64,000 nucleotides of DNA from Sphingobacteriales bacterium. GTDB taxonomy: Bacteria > Bacteroidota > Bacteroidia > Chitinophagales > JADIYW01. Below are positions 50,100 through 60,339 of this stretch, piece by piece; the first letter of the stretch is position 1, and the number at the start of each line of letters is the position of its first letter. A program made the position numbers and the translations under genes. The notes below the pieces were generated by a model that was not told the DNA's origin, ran no database searches, and saw nothing but the letters and a program-made list of their open reading frames with translations. The DNA is taken from contig CP064984.1 in NCBI GenBank assembly GCA_016699615.1, forward strand, positions 1,358,185 to 1,422,184, given 5' to 3'.

Positions 50100-51459
50100 T
50101 TATTGTTTTCCAAACAATTTGTTTTTAAAAGGCAAATAAGCAATTATAAAACCAAATTTTTGGTAGATATACACCACGCCAACAACATTCCAAACAATCA
50201 TGCTGATGGTGCTCGCTACGCTCGCACCAACTACGCCATAATACTTAATTAAAAACACATTCAATAGTATATTGACAAATGCACCGAAAATAGAAATATA
50301 AGTAAACTGTTTATGATGACCAGTTGCATTCAATAATTGAGCAACAGGACCACAAGCTGTATTAAAAAATTGCCCAACTACCAAAATCATTAATGGAATA
50401 GTACCATCAGCAAAAGTACTACCATACAACTGCATGATTTGTTTAGCCAAACCAAACAATAAAATATAAATTGGAAGACTCAACCAAAAAATTAAACCAG
50501 AAGAACGTTGTACCAATCTACTAAGTTCTTTCATTTCATGCTTATAATATAGCTGAGTAATTTTTGGTTGCACAGTAGTATTGATAGCTACCAAAAGCGT
50601 AGCACTAATCAATGCAATATTTGTAACTGTTTTATAAATGCCAACATCAGCAGTAGAAATGTCAAATATCTTGAGCATAAACACATCAGCATTATTATTC
50701 ACTAAAAATGAAAAATAAGTAATGAACATTGGGAAAGATAAGTGTCTAATTGTTTTCAGCTCAGGCAGAATGAGTACAGGCTCATCTTTAGAAGCAACAA
50801 CAAAGTTTTTATAAATTGGATATATGGTAAATAAAAATGGCAACAATGCCAAGGTTATCCAATGCAAATAAATTGGATTATAGATTATAAAAAAAGTAGG
50901 TAACAATCAGCAACAAGATTATTCTTAATATAGTTGGAATAATTAAGGTAATATTTGCAGTATTAATTTTTAATCCAGCTTTTAAGCTAAAGAAAAAAAT
51001 GTCGCCGAGCACAGCAGGCAAAACAAACAAAGCACTAATTCTAAATAAATTTGTAAGCGAAGGTTCATTCCAATAATTTGCTAAGTATGGAGCAATAATG
51101 TATAAAATGATAGACAACACAACCCAATTCAAAACAACCATTTTATTACCTAACATAAAATAATGATAGGCAGCTTTGGTGTTATATTTAATTTTATACT
51201 CAGGAATAATGCGCTGTAAGGCATCTTTAATACCAAAATTGCATAATATGCCAACAATAGACATTACTGTAACTACTAATGTTAATTTTCCAGATGCATC
51301 AGCACCATAATATCTACCAATAATAACACCAGAGATAAAACGCAAACCTTGAACAATACCTAAGGTAACAAATGTAGAAAGGCTACCTTTGGCAACAAAT
51401 GAAAAATTCTTGTCTTGCAATAATTTGTTTATCTTTTCTGTATATTGCTTTGGAAGCAT
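50100..51459 (-). pseudogene. Polysaccharide/oligosaccharide flippase (Wzx-like, MOP superfamily), frameshifted in an A7/T7 tract
   Basis: ORFs 50878-51531 (likely start ATG 51459, MLPKQYTEK...LLIVTYFFYNL*) and 50100-50906 (...IIYNPIYLHWITLALL...) are two halves of a ~12-TM flippase. Removing one base from the 7-nt run at 50889-50895 joins them. Confidence 0.8.
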
Positions 51460-51531
51460 TGATAAATATAGAAATAAAATATGCGCTTTTTGATTTTCAA
51501 ACAATAAAATTTGTAATTTTATAATCGTCAC

Positions 51532-52619
51532 ATGGCAAGGTCAATATTTAAAAAGATATTCTTTATTACCATAATTCTTTTGTTAGTATCACAGTTGGTA
51601 GATGCTATATTGCCATATGGTTGGGCAGATATTGTACAATACACCAAAATTCAAGATTATAAGCAGAACAAACAACAGTACAATGCATTGTTTTTTGGAG
51701 GCAGTTTAGAATATAGACACATTATGCCAAGTATTGTAGATAAACAATTAAAAGATAAAAATATAAATTTTAAAAGCTATAACTTAGGTGTAGATGCACA
51801 CAATATTATTCAGCAAGTATCAGATATTGAAGGTGTATTGAAAATAAAAAACCCAAACCTAAAATACGTCTTTGTTAGTCTTTCTAGCGAACCATATTTC
51901 TTTGCATATAATAAAAACACATCAAAATGGTTGGCTTGGAACAATGCAAAATCTACCTATAGAGCATTGAGTATTTTGCCAAATGCAGGAAAATCAGTAA
52001 AAGAAAGATTGCGATTTAGCATTTTATATATCAGAAGTTGGATAATGAATTTGTTTAAAGTAGGTATTTGCCAGATGTACTAACACATTATTTTGTTGCA
52101 GATACCTTGCACCACGCATATATTGGCACACAGAAAGATGGCTTTTTTTCTTATGATGAAGAAAGAGCATATTTAGAGAAATTTAATGCAGGATTAGATC
52201 AACCATTAATTGAATCTAGAAATAGTTTTGTGAACACACCAGCACACAGAGATAGCTTATTGAGTGGAAATATAGAACAATTTAGACAATATAAAAGCAC
52301 AGATAAACCGAACCAACAAGAACTAGCAATGCTTGAAAACTTAATGAAAAAATTAGCAAAAAAAGGAATAGATATTTATTTTATTTTGCCACCAAGAGCA
52401 AGAACAACTTACTCGTTTTTATTGCCAATTTACCATGCATTACCACAAGAAAGATGTATAGAATTAGCCAATCCGATCCAATACCCAGAGTTTTATACAT
52501 ACGAAAATGGTTATAATTTTCATCACCTAAATTTGAAAGGCGCAAAAATATATAGCCAAATATTAGCTGAAAAGATAGAACAACTATTGAACATAAACAG
52601 CAGCGTAACTGGACAATAG
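51532..52619 (+). pseudogene. Membrane-anchored hypothetical protein (weak SGNH/DltD-like features), frameshifted
   Basis: ORFs 51532-52083 and 52068-52619 overlap by 16 nt in different frames. The second frame only opens at 52059, so the shift lies in 52059-52083. It has an N-terminal TM helix, then ALFFGGSLEY, and ends with a HHLNLKGAKIYSQ motif. Confidence 0.55.
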
Positions 52620-52621
52620 AA

Positions 52622-54052
52622 TTAATCTACTATACTAATTTTTATCATGTTCGTTCTGCCTCTTCCTTTTATTGGCATACTTGCTGTATTTATTACAATA
52701 TCTTCAGGCTTTAGCTTATCAATGCTTTTTAATAAGCCAATAATATCACGAATAGATTTGTCTGTAGTTTCAAAATTATCGTAGTAGAATGCTTCCACGC
52801 CCCAAACCAAACTCAGCTGATTAATTAAGTTTTGGTTGCTCGTAAAAATATAAATATTAGACATTGGTCTGTAACTTGCCAGCATAAATGCTGTGTAGCC
52901 AGAATACGACATGCCCAAAAGTGCCTTTGCTTCTACATCTTCGGCAATACTACAAGCATTGTAGCATATAGCATCTGATAGAAAAGACACAGAATTTTTA
53001 TTAGGCAATAAATTTTTAAAATATATTTTATGTTGTTCTTCTGTTTTTCTAATAATCTTATCCATTGTCTGGATTACCTTTATCGGATATTTACCTACTG
53101 ATGTTTCTGCACTCAGCATCATAGCATCTGCGCCATCAAAAACACCATTTGCCACATCTGTAATTTCTGCTCTAGTTGGTCTTGGCATTTCTATCATAGA
53201 TTCCATCACTTGCGTAGCAATAATTACTGGCTTTGCATGGTATATACATTTTTCTATTATATTTTTTTGTATAATAGGCATTTCTTCCATAGGTACTTCT
53301 ACAGCCAAATCGCCTCTAGCTATCATTACGGCATCACTTGCTATAATAATATTGTCCAAATCTTTTATTGCCTCAGGTTTTTCAATTTTAGCAATAATTT
53401 TTGCTGTAGATTGTCTATCATTTAAGTATGTCTTTAGTTCTGTAATGTCTGATGCTTTTCTAACAAAAGATAAGGCAATCCAATCTATTTGATGTTGTAA
53501 AATAAAGGCAACATCTTCCATGTCTTTTTCAGTCAAACTTGGAATAGATATTTTTGTATCTGGAAGATTAAATCCTTTTTTGGATGATAAAATGCCACCA
53601 AATACTACTGTACATTCTATTGTTTTCGCATTTAGTATTTTGGTAACTTTTAGTTCTATTTTTCCATCATCAATCAAAATAGATTCGCCAACTTTTATAT
53701 CATTGCTTAGGTTTTCATAAGTTACACTAATGATGTCTTTATTGCCAATTACATCTTCAGAACTTACTTTTATAGTATCATTTTCGTTTAATGTTATTCC
53801 ATTATTTTCAATAACACCAATTCTTAATTTTGGACCTTGTAAATCTGCTAAAATTCCTATATTTAGTTGTAGTTTTTTATTTAGTGCGTGTATATTTTGT
53901 ATAACAGCCAAATGCTGTTTGTGATTTCCATGAGAGAAATTTAATCTAAATACATTTACGCCTGCATGCATTAAAGCTTCTAAGTTATCAATATCACTAC
54001 ATGCTGGGCCAACTGTGGCAACGATTTTTGTCTTTCTACTTTTGTTTATCAT
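52622..54052 (-). CDS. pyk: Pyruvate kinase
   Basis: 476-aa ORF: TKIVATVGPA, NFSHG, MIARGDLAVE, MLSAETSVGKYP. Confidence 0.95.
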   Translation of the reverse strand: MINKSRKTKIVATVGPACSDIDNLEALMHAGVNVFRLNFSHGNHKQHLAVIQNIHALNKKLQLNIGILADLQGPKLRIGVIENNGITLNENDTIKVSSEDVIGNKDIISVTYENLSNDIKVGESILIDDGKIELKVTKILNAKTIECTVVFGGILSSKKGFNLPDTKISIPSLTEKDMEDVAFILQHQIDWIALSFVRKASDITELKTYLNDRQSTAKIIAKIEKPEAIKDLDNIIIASDAVMIARGDLAVEVPMEEMPIIQKNIIEKCIYHAKPVIIATQVMESMIEMPRPTRAEITDVANGVFDGADAMMLSAETSVGKYPIKVIQTMDKIIRKTEEQHKIYFKNLLPNKNSVSFLSDAICYNACSIAEDVEAKALLGMSYSGYTAFMLASYRPMSNIYIFTSNQNLINQLSLVWGVEAFYYDNFETTDKSIRDIIGLLKSIDKLKPEDIVINTASMPIKGRGRTNMIKISIVD

Positions 54053-54485
54053 TAAAATGTCTCATTAAAAGATTGTATTTGGTTTTTATATTTTCTATGT
54101 CTATTTCAAAGATAGACTGAATTCCTTTAATTTGCTTGAGTACTTGCGTTATTTCATCTTTATTAAAATAATCTTCTTCGCCTTGGAATAAAAAAATGTA
54201 ATCAAAGTTTTTCATTTCAGGAATAAGAATATTACCATCATGTTTGTTTTTTATAATTTCAATTGTATAAAAGTCTAACTCATTAACATACTTATATGCA
54301 TTAAAGTTGATGTATCTTTTTTCTTTCTGTTGATAAAATGCAATATCATCTACTCTTTTGAGTTTCCAATCTAAAATTTTATTGAGCAACCAACATAGTC
54401 TATAATCTTCTAATGGACTATTGATGCCCCAAATATTAAAATTGAAGGAGATAGAATCAATGATATTTTTATTCTTCTTAATCAC
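54036..54485 (-). CDS. IPExxxVDY-family protein (Bacteroidota-specific, function unknown)
   Basis: 149-aa ORF containing LIPEMKNFDYIFL. It overlaps dusB by 8 nt and pyk by 17 nt, so an operon is likely. Confidence 0.65.
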   Translation of the reverse strand: MIKKNKNIIDSISFNFNIWGINSPLEDYRLCWLLNKILDWKLKRVDDIAFYQQKEKRYINFNAYKYVNELDFYTIEIIKNKHDGNILIPEMKNFDYIFLFQGEEDYFNKDEITQVLKQIKGIQSIFEIDIENIKTKYNLLMRHFNDKQK

Positions 54486-55482
54486 TTACTAGTTGTTCTT
54501 CAGATGTAGAATAATGGTATAAAATTTCATCCAAAACTTCAAAAATTGCTTCTTTTTGTTGCAATGTTACCAACTGAGTTCTATATGGTTTAATGTGTTG
54601 CAAGCCTTTTAGGTAATTACTATAATGTTGTCTCATCTCTAAAATACCTAAGGTTTCACCTTTCCATTCAATAGATTTCTCTAAATGTGTTTTAATGACA
54701 TTAATACGCTCATCTATTTGTGGTGTTGCAATAATATTTTTATTAAATATGAATTCTTTTATTTGATTAAATATCCATGGTGCGCCAATGGCAGCTCTTC
54801 CAATCATAATTCCATCTACGCCATATTTATTTTTATAGTCTAATGCTTTTTGTGGAGAATCGATATCACCATTTCCAAAAATAGGAATATGCATTCTCGG
54901 ATTGTTTTTTACTGCGCCAATTAATGTCCAATCTGCTTCGCCTTTGTACATTTGTTTTCTGGTTCTGCCATGTATGCTTAGTGCTTTTATGCCTATGTCT
55001 TGTAGTCTTTCTGCAACTTCTACAATGTTTTTAGAATTATCGTCCCAGCCTAATCTTGTTTTTACAGTTACAGGCAAGTTAGTTGTTTTTACTACTTGCT
55101 CTGTGAGTCTAATCATTTTGGGTATATCTTGCAAAATACCTGCACCAGCCATTTTACATACTACTTTATTCACAGGACAACCATAATTAATATCTATTAA
55201 GTCTGGTTGTACTTCTTCTATTATTCTAGCAGATTGTACCATAGCATCTTCTTCGCCACCAAACATCTGAATGCCAATTGGCTTTTCGTAATCAAAAATG
55301 TCTAATTTCTGAATACTTTTCTTTGCATGTCTAATTAATCCTTCTGAAGAAATGAACTCTGTGTACATCAAATCAGCACCATATTGCTTACAAACATATC
55401 TGAATGGCGGATCACTCACATCTTCCATTGGTGCCAAAATAATTGGAAATTCTCCAAGTTCTATGTTGTCAATTTTTACCAT
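54478..55482 (-). CDS. dusB: tRNA dihydrouridine synthase
   Basis: ORF 54478-55485 (first ATG at 55482): LAPMEDVSDPPFR, NYGCPV, HGRTR. Confidence 0.9.
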   Translation of the reverse strand: MVKIDNIELGEFPIILAPMEDVSDPPFRYVCKQYGADLMYTEFISSEGLIRHAKKSIQKLDIFDYEKPIGIQMFGGEEDAMVQSARIIEEVQPDLIDINYGCPVNKVVCKMAGAGILQDIPKMIRLTEQVVKTTNLPVTVKTRLGWDDNSKNIVEVAERLQDIGIKALSIHGRTRKQMYKGEADWTLIGAVKNNPRMHIPIFGNGDIDSPQKALDYKNKYGVDGIMIGRAAIGAPWIFNQIKEFIFNKNIIATPQIDERINVIKTHLEKSIEWKGETLGILEMRQHYSNYLKGLQHIKPYRTQLVTLQQKEAIFEVLDEILYHYSTSEEQLVSD

Positions 55483-55547
55483 CAATACTAGACCAAAGAT
55501 AATAAATTCTGTGTTCTAAAAATTTTACAAAAAGTTTTAATTGATAT

Positions 55548-55555
55548 ATAAATTT
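55548..55555 (+). promoter_or_regulatory. Candidate -7 promoter box (TAnnTTTG)
   Basis: TAAATTTG about 26 nt upstream of the bestrophin gene ATG (55582). Confidence 0.4.
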
Positions 55556-55581
55556 GTATTTTACAACCAAAAAGCATAAAA

Positions 55582-56592
55582 ATGCATACAGGAAAAAGAT
55601 TTTCGCCTTTAGTATTTTTTAAATGGTCACTTCAGGATACTATAGTATTAATATTAATTGCTACAATACCTACCATATTATATTATTTTGGACAAACCTA
55701 TGTTGCTCTACCATGGCAACCTATAGCACTATTAGGTACAGCACTTTCTTTTATAGTTGGTTTTAAAAATAATGCAAGCTATGGAAGAGTTTGGGAAGCT
55801 AGACAAATATATGGTGGAATAATAAATGATAGTAGGAGCTTTGGATATACACTACGTGATTCATTAGGTAAGAACAATATTAATACAACAAAAGAAATGT
55901 TTTATCGTCATTTTGCATGGCTAACAGCATTGCGTTTCCAATTGAGAGAGCAAAGAAGTTGGGAAAATACAAATAATAAAAGAAGCAACAGAAAATACAT
56001 GGAGAAAACCTACAAAGTACCAGAATGGGAAAGTAATATAGAAGTAGAATTAAGAAAATATCTAGATGTAGAGCAACTAAAGTATATATTATCGAAAAAA
56101 AATAGAGCAACTCAATTAATAGCATTACAATCTAAAAACATTGCAAAATTGAAAAACGATGGAATAATTAATGATTTTCAATGGTCAGAATTGCAAAATA
56201 GTATTACTAAACTAATAGACGACCAAGGCAAGGCGGAACGTATCAAGAACTTTCCTTATCCAAGAAACTTTGCATCTATCGCCACCTATCTTATGTTTGT
56301 ATTTGTAATCTTATTGCCATTCGGACTAATTGATGCATTTAACAAAATTGGCGAAGGTACATTTCTAGAAGGATATACTATTTGGCTGAATATTCCAATT
56401 TCTGCTATTGTAACATGGTGCTTTCATACACTTGATACAATAGGCGAAAGTTCTGTTAATCCATTTGAAGGTGGCGCAAATGATATTCCAATTACACAAA
56501 TTAGTAGAATGATAGAAATAGATATGAGAGACATGCTAGATGAAATTAACTTGCCAGCACCGATTGTGCCTATGAATGAAATTTTATTATAA
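55582..56592 (+). CDS. Bestrophin-family (UPF0187/YneE) anion channel
   Basis: 336-aa ORF with the signature LSFIVGFKNNASYGRVWEARQIYGGIINDSRSF and four hydrophobic helices. Confidence 0.8.
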   Translation: MHTGKRFSPLVFFKWSLQDTIVLILIATIPTILYYFGQTYVALPWQPIALLGTALSFIVGFKNNASYGRVWEARQIYGGIINDSRSFGYTLRDSLGKNNINTTKEMFYRHFAWLTALRFQLREQRSWENTNNKRSNRKYMEKTYKVPEWESNIEVELRKYLDVEQLKYILSKKNRATQLIALQSKNIAKLKNDGIINDFQWSELQNSITKLIDDQGKAERIKNFPYPRNFASIATYLMFVFVILLPFGLIDAFNKIGEGTFLEGYTIWLNIPISAIVTWCFHTLDTIGESSVNPFEGGANDIPITQISRMIEIDMRDMLDEINLPAPIVPMNEILL

Positions 56593-56619
56593 AAACTAAA
56601 ACTTATCTGTTATAAAAAG

Positions 56620-57135
56620 ATGGAAGAAATAAAAAAAATTGCAGAATATTCAGGAAACTACATAACATGTGGCACTATTATAATTGTAACATTTATTATC
56701 GCATTCATAATAAAAAAATATATGAATGAGAAAGTAGTTGAAAAAGCAACAAGGCACCAAATTGATGCAACAAGTTTTGTGTTCTTAAATCACTTAATTA
56801 TATCTATAGTTTATTTTCTTGGCTTTGGTTGGGCATTGTTGCTATTGCCAATTACACACACGTTTGCACATTCACTATTTGCTGGCGCAGGTGCATCTAC
56901 GCTAATTCTTGGATTTGCATCACAAAATTTATTTACTAATCTTATAAGTGGCGTATTTTTAGTTATCAATCGTCCATTTAAAATTGGCGACAATGTGGAA
57001 TTTCAAGGAATTACAGGCAAAGTAGTAGAAATTAATCTTAATGCAGCTATTATTGAAGATAAAGACGGAAATAGAAATATTATTCCAAGTTCATTAATTA
57101 TAAATGATAAAATAAAAATTATAAAAAATGCTTAA
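56620..57135 (+). CDS. Small mechanosensitive-channel (MscS) family protein
   Basis: 171-aa ORF with two or three TM helices and the MscS pore/beta-domain motif NLISGVFLVINRPFKIGDNVEF...GKVVEINL. It lacks the usual C-terminal alpha-beta domain. Confidence 0.7.
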   Translation: MEEIKKIAEYSGNYITCGTIIIVTFIIAFIIKKYMNEKVVEKATRHQIDATSFVFLNHLIISIVYFLGFGWALLLLPITHTFAHSLFAGAGASTLILGFASQNLFTNLISGVFLVINRPFKIGDNVEFQGITGKVVEINLNAAIIEDKDGNRNIIPSSLIINDKIKIIKNA

Positions 57136-57873
57136 AAGTCAAAAATTAGAAATCATCAGAAAGTGGTATCCACATGCAATTACAACATTAGATAGCGTAA
57201 ATAGGATAATAGATTTTTTTGAAGAAGAATTAAAAATAGAATCGAAAAGTGTAATGCTTGCAGATAGTATTTGTAGCGATGATGTAAATAGCATACAATA
57301 TCCAGCAAGAGCCTTAGATTTCTTAGGTCCTTTCAAAATGGGCGGATTAGATGGTTACCCTTTTACTGGATTAACAGGAATGGGTGCTTTTGCTAGTCAT
57401 GTTCCAGATGATGGTGCTGTTTTTATATATTATGGACCACATATTGGTATTACAAAAACAGGCGAATTAGGAGAAATACATAGAATAGGACAACACAAAA
57501 ATAGTGGATGCTGTGGTGCAGCAAAAGGCGCATTAAGTAAATTACTCAATAATGAAATAATAGAAGGTAATATAACAGAAATAGACTATCAGATGAATAC
57601 GATTGAGCAAATTTTATTTGCACAGAAAGATAGAATAATTAATGCAAAAACACCATATTTGAAGCAACAGAAGTTATCTACGAAGCAATAGACAAACGCA
57701 TCAACGAATTAATAGGGAAAACAAAATACAATTGCAAATATGTTGTTGCAATTGGTGCAGTACTTATCAATAGTGATAGTGATATGGGTTCATTTGCTCA
57801 AACAAAAAACTTTAAGGTAACTAATGTAGCAACAGGCGAACAGAAAGACTATACACACTATCTCAAAGAATGA
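57128..57873 (+). pseudogene. LCIB-like (theta/beta-carbonic-anhydrase-related) protein, frameshifted in an A5 tract
   Basis: ORF 57128-57691 carries ADSICSDDVN, GGLDGYPFTGLTGMGAFASHVPDDG, YGPHIGI and NSGCCGAA. Own translation of another frame from 57655 gives IFEATEVIYEAIDKRINELIGKTKYNCKYVVAIGAVLINSDSDMGSFAQTKNFKVTNVATGEQKDYTHYLKE* (stop 57871-57873). Adding one A to the run at 57646-57650 joins them. Confidence 0.6.
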
Positions 57874-58289
57874 TATAGCTGTACACAAATATTTTCTTGT
57901 TCAGTCATTAATGATTTGTCTGCTTTCTTTTTGTCGTTATAGCCTATTAAGTGTAAAAAGCCGTGCGCCATTACTCTTAATAGTTCGTCCATTTCAGAAG
58001 CATTAAATTTAATTGCATTCTCGACTATTCTATCAATACTAATATAGATTTCGCCATTTATAGATGTAGCATGCTCTGCTAAGTTGAATGTGATAATATC
58101 AGTGTATGTATCATGTTGTAGAAACTGCATATTTATTTCAAGTAGTTGCTCATCACTAAGGAAAATGTATTGTAGTGAGTCAATTTTTTGATGGTAATGT
58201 TGTTCTAATGTCTTAAACCACTTTTTAATACTTATAGATTTAAAGTACTTAGGCTTGGCAACTTCATCAAAATAAAATGAAACATGCAT
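57858..58289 (-). CDS. ybeY: rRNA maturation endoribonuclease YbeY
   Basis: 143-aa ORF with the zinc motif HGFLHLIGYND. Confidence 0.9.
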   Translation of the reverse strand: MHVSFYFDEVAKPKYFKSISIKKWFKTLEQHYHQKIDSLQYIFLSDEQLLEINMQFLQHDTYTDIITFNLAEHATSINGEIYISIDRIVENAIKFNASEMDELLRVMAHGFLHLIGYNDKKKADKSLMTEQENICVQLYHSLR

Positions 58290-58293
58290 TGTA

Positions 58294-58884
58294 TTAGTTT
58301 TCTGCTACTACTTCTTGTACTTCAGGTACAAATCTTTTCATAATATTTTCTATACCTTGTTTTAGTGTAATTGTAGATGAAGGACAACCACTACATGAAC
58401 CTTGCAATTGTAAAGTCAATTTGCCATCTTGAAAACTAACGAATGAAATATTGCCACCATCCATTTCTACAGCTGGTTTTACATATTTGTCTAATGCGGT
58501 TTTTATTCTAATATCTACATCAGTATCATTGTCAGCAATTTGGTTGCTTGCTGTTTTGCTTGGTTTTACAAACTCTGGCAAAAGCAAAGGCTTATCTTCA
58601 TCAAGGTATTTTTTCAGAAATTGTTTAATTTCTGGCATCAACTCAAACCATTCCAGTTTATCATCTTTAGTTATAGAAATAAAATTATTAGACATATATA
58701 TTGCTACAACATTAGGAAATTGGAATAATTCGATAGCAATAGGTGCATTTTTTGCTTCGTCAATATTTTGTATTTCTACAAAGTCATTAGGCATCAAAGG
58801 TCTATTTACTACAAATTTTAGTGTGTTTGGGTTAGGTGTTGTTTCTGTGTATATCATCGCAGGAACTACTTTTATCGTATCCAT
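58294..58884 (-). CDS. NifU/Nfu-family Fe-S cluster protein (Nfu N-terminal domain plus C-terminal CxxC domain)
   Basis: 196-aa ORF: TETTPNPNTLKF at the N-terminus and GSCSGCPSS in the C-terminal domain. Confidence 0.85.
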   Translation of the reverse strand: MDTIKVVPAMIYTETTPNPNTLKFVVNRPLMPNDFVEIQNIDEAKNAPIAIELFQFPNVVAIYMSNNFISITKDDKLEWFELMPEIKQFLKKYLDEDKPLLLPEFVKPSKTASNQIADNDTDVDIRIKTALDKYVKPAVEMDGGNISFVSFQDGKLTLQLQGSCSGCPSSTITLKQGIENIMKRFVPEVQEVVAEN

Positions 58885-58909
58885 GTTTTTTTATTTTTTT
58901 GATTAAGAA

Positions 58910-59152
58910 TTAATTTATAGCTTCTACCTTCACAATTTCTGGTACAGCCATTTTTATTGTACTTTCTACGCCAGCTTTCATGGTAGATGCACTCATTTTA
59001 CAAGTTTCGCATGTGCCTAATAGTTTCACAAAAACAACTAGTTCTTCTGTTATATCTACTAATTCTATATTGCCACCATCAGCTATCAAAAATGGTCTGA
59101 TATCGTCTAGTGCTTTTTCTACTTTTTGATGTAGTGTTGCTTCTGCTGTCAT
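58910..59152 (-). CDS. Small NifU-like Fe-S cluster protein
   Basis: 80-aa ORF: DGGNIELV...LGTCETCKMS. Confidence 0.8.
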   Translation of the reverse strand: MTAEATLHQKVEKALDDIRPFLIADGGNIELVDITEELVVFVKLLGTCETCKMSASTMKAGVESTIKMAVPEIVKVEAIN

Positions 59153-59175
59153 TTAATATTTCAAATTTAATTATT

Positions 59176-60249
59176 TTACTGAAATTCAGTGTTTAATATA
59201 GCAACTTGTTGCGCCACAGCTTGTGCTATATGCTCAAATGCTTTGCTTGATGGTGTAGAAAATTGCAGCGCAATAGGTCTTCCTTCATCTCCACCTTCTC
59301 TAATGGCTTGTACTAATGGCAATTCTCCTAAAAATGGTACATCAAATTGTTGTGCAATTAATTGTCCGCCACCTTTTCCAAAAATATAATATTTCTTTTC
59401 TGGCAAATCTGGTGGAACAAAATATGACATATTCTCTACAACACCTAAAACTGGAATATTTATGCTTTCTAGTTGATAAAAGGCAACTGCTTTTCTTGCA
59501 TCTGCAAGTGCTACTTCTTGTGGTGTGGTAACAATAACTGCTGCTGTAATGCCAATTGTTTGTGCCAACGTAAGGTGAATATCGCCAGTGCCTGGTGGCA
59601 AATCTATGATAAGATAATCTAAATCTTCCCAAAGTACTTCTGTTATCATTTGTCTGAGTGCAGAAGTTGCCATTGGGCCACGCCAAGCAACAGGTTGTTT
59701 TTCTCCAATTAAGAAACCAATAGACATTACTTTCAAATCATTGTACATTAATGGTACAATAAAATTTCGTTCATCTATTTTTTGTACTGTCGGACGTTGG
59801 CTTCCAAGGTTGAGCATTGTTGGAATTGATGGCCCATGAATGTCTGCATCTATCAATCCTACTTTTGCGCCAGTATTTGCTAGTGCTAATGCCAAATTTA
59901 CAGATACGGTAGATTTTCCTACACCACCTTTGCCTGATGATATTGCAATTAGGTTTTTTACATTAGGCAATAGTTCAGCTTTTATATTTTTTGCTGTTGC
60001 CACTTTTGATGTAAAGGTTATGTCTACTTTTGCTGTGTTTGAAACCAATTGAGCAATAGCATTTCTACAATCTTCCTCTATTTTATCTTTAAGTGGACAA
60101 GCTGGTGTCGTTAGTTCTACTGTAAATGCAATATTATTTTCGTCAAATGATATGTCTTTTATCATATTTAGTGATACCAAATCTTTTTTAAAATCTGGAT
60201 CATCTACTTGTGCTAATGCATGAATTATTTTTTCTTCTGTAATAGTCAT
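59176..60249 (-). CDS. apbC: Mrp/NBP35-family Fe-S cluster carrier ATPase
   Basis: 357-aa ORF with an N-terminal DUF59-like domain, the deviant Walker A SGKGGVGKST, and DLPPGTGD. Confidence 0.9.
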   Translation of the reverse strand: MTITEEKIIHALAQVDDPDFKKDLVSLNMIKDISFDENNIAFTVELTTPACPLKDKIEEDCRNAIAQLVSNTAKVDITFTSKVATAKNIKAELLPNVKNLIAISSGKGGVGKSTVSVNLALALANTGAKVGLIDADIHGPSIPTMLNLGSQRPTVQKIDERNFIVPLMYNDLKVMSIGFLIGEKQPVAWRGPMATSALRQMITEVLWEDLDYLIIDLPPGTGDIHLTLAQTIGITAAVIVTTPQEVALADARKAVAFYQLESINIPVLGVVENMSYFVPPDLPEKKYYIFGKGGGQLIAQQFDVPFLGELPLVQAIREGGDEGRPIALQFSTPSSKAFEHIAQAVAQQVAILNTEFQ

Positions 60250-60256
60250 CTGAATG

Positions 60257-60264
60257 CAAAATTA
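60257..60264 (-). promoter_or_regulatory. Candidate -7 promoter box (TAnnTTTG)
   Basis: TAATTTTG on the minus strand ends 7 nt before the apbC ATG, so the transcript would be near-leaderless. Confidence 0.35.
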
Positions 60265-60289
60265 AGCTAATTAATTACAAATAATGCGA

Positions 60290-60297
60290 TAGTTTTG
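60290..60297 (+). promoter_or_regulatory. Candidate -7 promoter box (TAnnTTTG)
   Basis: TAGTTTTG (with a second match, TAGATTTG, at 60300-60307) lies about 40 nt upstream of the ATG at 60340. Confidence 0.4.
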
Positions 60298-60339
60298 TTT
60301 AGATTTGTTTTAAATAATACTAAAATTAGTGTGTTGTAT

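Noticed and set aside
912-57873. An alternative genetic code (stop-codon reassignment) as the explanation for the interrupted genes.
   Set aside because: In 12 of 13 cases the conserved protein continues in a different reading frame, not past the stop in the same frame. TAA, TAG and TGA all terminate well-conserved genes here at the expected positions (for example icd, glmS and pyk).
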